Assembly (NCBI GenBank): GCA_002269645.1
Contig: NIVC01000169.1
Location: forward strand, 62,001-126,000
Length of the DNA: 64,000 bases
DNA from: Macrostomum lignano
Lineage: Eukaryota
Reading direction: 5' to 3'
Under the pieces are notes generated by a model, which saw nothing but the letters and a program-made list of their open reading frames with translations, made no database searches and was not told where the DNA came from. Below, one piece after another: positions 57,410-64,000 of this stretch; the stretch's first letter is position 1, and every line of letters begins with the position of its first letter. The translations under genes were made by a program, and so were the position numbers.

Positions 57410-60400
57410 ATGCACTGCAGGTACTCTGCAATGCTTAAACACTACAGGTACTCGGTGATTCTTAAACACTACAGGTACTCGGTGATGCTTAAACACTACA
57501 GGCACTCGGTGATTCTTAAACACTACAGGTACTCGGTGATGCTTAAACACTACAGGTACTCGGTGATTCTTAAACACTACAGGTACTCGGTGATGCTTAA
57601 ACTCTGTGATTCTTAAACACTACAGGTACACTGTGATTCTTAAACACTACAGGTACTCGGTGATGCTTAAACTCTGTGATTCTTAAACACTACAGGTACA
57701 CTGTGATTCTTAAACACTACAGGTACTCGGTGATGCTTAAACACTACAATTACTCGGTGATGCTTAAACACTACAATTACTCGGTGATGCTTAAACACTA
57801 CAATTACTCGGTGATTCTTAAACACTACAGGTACTCGGTGATGCTTAAACTCTGTGATTCTTAAACACTACAGGTACACTGTGATTCTTAAACACTACAG
57901 GTACTCGGTGATGCTTAAACTCTGTGATTCTTAAACACTACAGGTACACTGTGATTCTTAAACACTACAGGTACTCGGTGATGCTTAAACACTACAATTA
58001 CTCGGTGATGCTTAAACACTACAATTACTCGGTGATGCTTAAACACTACAATTACTCGGTGATTCTTAAACACTACAGGTACTCGGTGATGCTTAAACTC
58101 TGTGATTCTTAAACACTACAGGTACACTGTGATTCTTAAACACTACAGGTACTCGGTGATGCTTAAACTCTGTGATTCTTAAACACTACAGGTACACTGA
58201 GATTCTTAAACTCTACAGGTACTCGGTGATGCTTAAACACTACAATTACTCGGTGATGCTTAAACACTACAATTACTCGGTGATGCTTAAACACTACAAT
58301 TACTCGGTGATTCTTAAACACTACAGGTACTCGGTGATGCTTAAACTCTGTGATTCTTAAACACTACAGGTACACTGTGATTCTTAAACACTACAGGTAC
58401 TCGGTGATGCTTAAACTCTGTGATTCTTAAACACTACAGGTACACTGTGATTCTTAAACACTACAGGTACTCGGTGATGCTTAAACACTACAATTACTCG
58501 GTGATGCTTAAACACTACAATTACTCGGTGATGCTTAAACACTACAATTACTCGGTGATTCTTAAACACTACAGGTACTCGGTGATGCTTAAACTCTGTG
58601 ATTCTTAAACACTACAGGTACACTGTGATTCTTAAACACTACAGGTACTCGGTGATGCTTAAACTCTGTGATTCTTAAACACTACAGGTACACTGTGATT
58701 CTTAAACACTACAGGTACTCGGTGATGCTTAAACACTACAATTACTCGGTGATGCTTAAACACTACAATTACTCGGTGATGCTTAAACACTACAATTACT
58801 CGGTGATGCTTAAACACTACAATTACTCGGTGATGCTTAAACACTACAATTACTCGGTGATTCTTAAACACTACAGGTACTCGGTGATGCTTAAACTCTG
58901 TGATTCTTAAACACTACAGGTACACTGTGATTCTTAAACACTACAGGTACTCGGTGATGCTTAAACTCTGTGATTCTTAAACACTACAGGTACACTGTGA
59001 TTCTTAAACACTACAGGTACTCGGTGATGCTTAAACACTACAATTACTCGGTGATGCTTAAACACTACAATTACTCGGTGATTCTTAAACACTACAGGTA
59101 CTCGGTGATGCTTAAACTCTGTGATTCTTAAACACTACAGGTACACTGTGATTCTTAAACACTACAGGTACTCGGTGATGCTTAAACTCTGTGATTCTTA
59201 AACACTACAGGTACACTGTGATTCTTAAACACTACAGGTACTCGGTGATGCTTAAACACTACAATTACTCGGTGATGCTTAAACACTACAATTACTCGGT
59301 GATGCTTAAACACTACAATTACTCGGTGATGCTTAAACACTACAGGTACACTGTGATGCTTAAACTCTGTGATTCTTAAACACTACAGGTACACTGTGAT
59401 TCTTAAACACTACAGGTACACTGTGATTCTTAAACACTACAGGTACACTGTGATTCTTAAACACTACAGGTACTCGGTGATGCTTAAACTCTGTGATTCT
59501 TAAACACTACAGGTACACTGTGATTCTTAAACACTACAGGTACTCGGTGATGCTTAAACTCTGTGATTCTTAAACACTACAGGTACACTGTGATTCTTAA
59601 ACACTACAGGTACTCGGTGATGCTTAAACACTACAATTACTCGGTGATGCTTAAACACTACAATTACTCGGTGATGCTTAAACACTACAATTACTCGGTG
59701 ATTCTTAAACACTACAGGTACTCGGTGATGCTTAAACTCTGTGATTCTTAAACACTACAGGTACACTGTGATTCTTAAACACTACAGGTACTCGGTGATG
59801 CTTAAACTCTGTGATTCTTAAACACTACAGGTACACTGTGATTCTTAAACACTACAGGTACTCGGTGATGCTTAAACACTACAATTACTCGGTGATGCTT
59901 AAACACTACAGGTACACTGTGATTCTTAAACACTACAGGTACACTGTGATTCTTAAACACTACAGGTACTCGGTGATGCTTAAACACTACAATTACTCGG
60001 TGATGCTTAAACACTACAGGTACACTGTGATTCTTAAACACTACAGGTACTCAGTGATGCTTAAACACTACAATTACTCGGTGATGCTTAAACACTACAG
60101 GTACTCTGTGATTCTTAAACACTACAGGTACACTGTGATTCTTAAACACTACAGGTACTCGGTGATGCTTAAACACTATAATTACTCGGTGATGCTTAAA
60201 CACTACAGGTACTCGGTGATGCTTAAACACTACAGGTACACTGTGATTCTTAAACACTACAGGTACACTGTGATTCTTAAACACTACAGGTACTCAGTGA
60301 TGCTTAAACACTACAATTACTCGGTGATGCTTAAACACTACAGGTACTCGGTGATGCTTAAACACTACAGGTACACTGTGATTCTTAAACACTACAGGTT

Positions 60401-62728
60401 CACTGTGATTCTTAAACACTACAGGTACTCGGTGATGCTTAAACACTACAATTACTCGGTGATGCTTCAACACTACAGGTACTCGGTGATGCTTAAACTC
60501 TGTGATTCTTAAACACTACAGGTACTCGGTGATGCTTAAACACTACAGGTACACTGTGATTCTTAAACACTACAGGTACTCGGTGATGCTTAAACACTAC
60601 AATTACTCGGTGATGCTTAAACACTACAGGTACTCTGTGATTCTTAAACACTACAGGTACACTGTGATTCTTAAACACTACAGGTACTCGGTGATGCTTA
60701 AACACTATAATTACTCGGTGATGCTTAAACACTACAGGTACTCGGTGATGCTTAAACACTACAGGTACACTGTGATTCTTAAACACTACAGGTACACTGT
60801 GATTCTTAAACACTACAGGTACTCAGTGATGCTTAAACACTACAATTACTCGGTGATGCTTAAACACTACAGGTACTCGGTGATGCTTAAACACTACAGG
60901 TACACTGTGATTCTTAAACACTACAGGTACACTGTGATTCTTAAACACTACAGGTACTCGTGTGATGCTTAAACACTACAATTACTCGGTGATGCTTCAA
61001 CACTACAGGTACTCGGTGATGCTTAAACTCTGTGATTCTTAAACACTACAGGTACTCGGTGATGCTTAAACACTACAGGTACACTGTGATTCTTAAACAC
61101 TACAGGTACTCGGTGATGCTTAAACACTACAATTACTCGGTGATGCTTAAACACTACAGGTACACTGTGATTCTTAAACACTACAGGTACTCAGTGATGC
61201 TTAAACACTACAATTACTCGGTGATGCTTAAACACTACAGGTACTCGGTGATGCTTAAACACTACAATTACTCGGTGATGCTTAAACACTACAGGTACAC
61301 TGTGATTCTTAAACACTACAGGTACTCGGTGATGCTTAAACACTACAATTACTCGGTGATGCTTAAACACTACAGGTACACTGTGATTCTTAAACACTAC
61401 AGGTACTCAGTGATGCTTAAACACTACAATTACTCGGTGATGCTTAAACACTACAGGTACTCTGTGATTCTTAAAAACTACAGGTACTCAGTGATGCTTA
61501 AACACTACAACTACTCGGTGATTCTTAAACACTACAGGTACACTGTGATTCTTAAACACTACAGGTACACTGTGATTCTTAAACACTACAGGTACTCGGT
61601 GATGCTTAAACACTACAATTACTCGGTGATGCTTAAACACTACAGGTACTCGGTGATGCTTAAACACTACAGGTACACTGTGATTCTTAAACACTACAGG
61701 TACACTGTGATTCTTAAACACTACAGGTACTCAGTGATGCTTAAACACTACAATTACTCGGTGATGCTTAAACACTACAGGTACACTGTGATTCTTAAAC
61801 ACTACAGGTACTCGGTGATGCTTCAACACTACAGGTACTCGGTGATGCTTAAACTCTGTGATTCTTAAACACTACAGGTACTCGGTGATGCTTAAACTCT
61901 GTGATTCTTAAACACTACAGGTACTCTGCAATGCTTAAACACTACAAGTACTCGGTGATGCTTAAACACTACAGGTACTCGGTGATGCTTAAACTCTGTG
62001 ATTCTTAAACACTACAGGTACTCGGTGATGCTTAAACACTACAGGTACTCTGCAATGCTTAAACACTACAGGTACTCTGCAATGCTTAAACACTACAGGT
62101 ACTCTGCAATGCTTAAACACTACAGGTACTCTGCAATGCTTAAACACTACAGGTACTCTGCAATGCTTAAACACTACAGGTACTCTGCAATGCTTAAACA
62201 CTACAGGTACTCTGCAATGCTTAAACACTACAGGTACTCTGCAATGCTTAAACACTACAGGTACTCTGCAATGCTTAAACACTACAGGTACTCTGCGATG
62301 CTTGAACTCTGTGATTCTTTAACACTACAAGTACACTGTGATGCTTAAACACTACAGGTACTCTGCAATGCTTAAACACTACAGGTACTCGGTGATGCTC
62401 AAACACTACAGGTACTCTGCAATGCTTAAACACTACAGGTACTCTGCAATGCTTAAACACTACAGGTACTCGGTGATGCTTAAACACTACAGGTACTCTG
62501 CAATGCTTAAACACTACAGGTACTCGGTGATGCTTAAACACTACAGGTACTCTGCAATGCTTAAACACTACAGGTACTCTGCAATGCTTAAACACTACAG
62601 GTACTCTGCGATGCTTGAACTCTGTGATTCTTTAACACTACAAGTACACTGTGATGCTTAAACACTACAGGTACTCTGCAATGCTTAAACACTACGGGTA
62701 CTCTGCAATGCTTAAACACTACAGGTAC
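57410..62728. repeat. Satellite, 27-nt monomer plus 16-nt deletion monomer, with a 248-bp higher-order repeat in the left part (5.3 kb)
   Basis: Monomer CTTAAACACTACAGGTACTCGGTGAT(G/T), short form CTTAAACTCTGTGATT. Pseudo-ORF starts at 57676, 57924, 58172, 58420 and 58668 are spaced exactly 248 bp (8x27 + 2x16). Confidence 0.97.
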
Positions 62729-63163
62729 TGCTGTGGTGCTCTGCGAGCCAATCATTTCCCCAAGAAAAGTTTTGCCTCTCGGTCGCTAGGTGGTGTTGGT
62801 TACTTCAGAATTGGTTTGACCTTCAGCTGATCCTGGGAAGCTGCAGCCCGTCTGCGGAGCCTGAATTCGGTGCCTGCTTTGGGTCCGCATCTGTAAAGGT
62901 TGATTTGAATTTTACAAGTTAAATCAGAAATGAAACTGTTGACAGAATCACTATCCATGGTCATATTTGACCTATATTTATCTATGTACGAGTATCCCTG
63001 TACCATGTATAAATGTGCCATGTATTCCTGTCCCGTGTTTCCTTGTGCCATATATCCCTTCCCATGTATTCCGCTCCCATCCATCCCTGTCCCAACCATC
63101 CTTGTCCCATCCGGGTCTACGAAATTTGTCAGCGGGCAAACTTCGGCGGACAAACGTCGTGCT

Positions 63164-64000
63164 CCTGTCCCATCCATCCCTGTCCCATCCACTCCTGTCC
63201 CATCCATCCCTGTCCCATCTATCCCTGTCCCATCCATCCCTGTCCCATCCATCCCTGTCCCTTCCATCCCTGTCCCATCCATCCCTGTCCCATCCATTCC
63301 TGTCCCATCCATTCCTGTCCCATCCATCCCTGTCCCATCTACTCCTGTCCCATCCATCCCTGTCCCATCCATCCCTGTCCCATCCATCCCTGTCCCATCC
63401 ATTCCTGTCCCATCCATTCCTGTCCCATCCATCCCTGTCCCATCTACTCCTGTCCCATCCATCCCTGTCCCATCCACTCCTGTCCCATCCATCCCTGTCC
63501 CATCCACTCCTGTCCCATCCATCCCTGTCCCATCTATCCCTGTCCCATCCATCCCTGTCCCATCCATCCCTGTCCCATCCATCCCTGTCCCATCCATCCC
63601 TGTCCCATCCATTCCTGTCCCATCCATTCCTGTCCCATCCATCCCTGTCCCATCTACTCCTGTCCCATCCATCCCTGTCCCATCCATCCCTGTCCCATCC
63701 ATCCCTGTCCCATCCATTCCTGTCCCATCCATTCCTGTCCCATCCATCCCTGTCCCATCCACTCCTGTCCCATCCACTCCTGTCCCATCCACTCCTGTCC
63801 CATCCACTCCTGTCCCATCCATCCCTGTCCCATCCATTCCTGTCCCATCCACTCCTGTCCCATCCATCCCTGTCCCATCCATTCCTGTCCCATCCACTCC
63901 TGTCCCATCCACTCCTGTCCCATCCATCCCTGTCCCATCCACTCCTGTCCCATCCACTCCTGTCCCATCTACTCCTGTCCCATCCATCCCTGTCCCATCC
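63164..64000. repeat. 15-nt satellite (CTGTCCCATCCATCC)n running off the window end
   Basis: Direct reading; source of the DGTGM pseudo-ORF. Confidence 0.97.

Noticed and set aside
57371-63987. MLKHYRYSV and DGTGM repeat ORFs
   Set aside because: Products of 27-nt and 15-nt satellites; no evidence of splice or start context.

Overview
Eukaryotic (metazoan) genomic DNA with GC-rich exons, many 50-100 nt introns, and large introns and intergenic gaps filled by locus-specific tandem repeats (roughly 28-29 kb, about 45% of the window by my rough sum). The style suggests a free-living flatworm such as Macrostomum, which is inference only. Three recognisable genes can be spliced by hand: a voltage-gated calcium channel alpha2delta subunit (minus strand, 25 exons seen, 18578 down to 517, 3' end probably beyond the window start), rabenosyn-5 (plus, 20523-26824) and a bestrophin (plus, 41588-55466) with two duplicated alternative first coding exons. 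The ORF track misses a compact 3-exon minus-strand gene (34325-33353). It encodes an 89-aa prepropeptide: signal peptide, acidic pro-region, KR site and a 29-aa C-x3-C-x10-C-x3-C peptide resembling cysteine-stabilised helix-loop-helix toxins. Other notable signals are mutually complementary G-rich and C-rich arrays in the bestrophin intron after exon 1B, a 1.56-kb CpG-free zone at the 5' end of rabenosyn-5, and a 321-codon ORF nested in an alpha2delta intron that can splice in frame. There is also a cluster of frame anomalies in alpha2delta exons 19-20. Most long repetitive ORFs in the track are translations of satellites, not genes. All splice models were derived by eye and need transcript confirmation.
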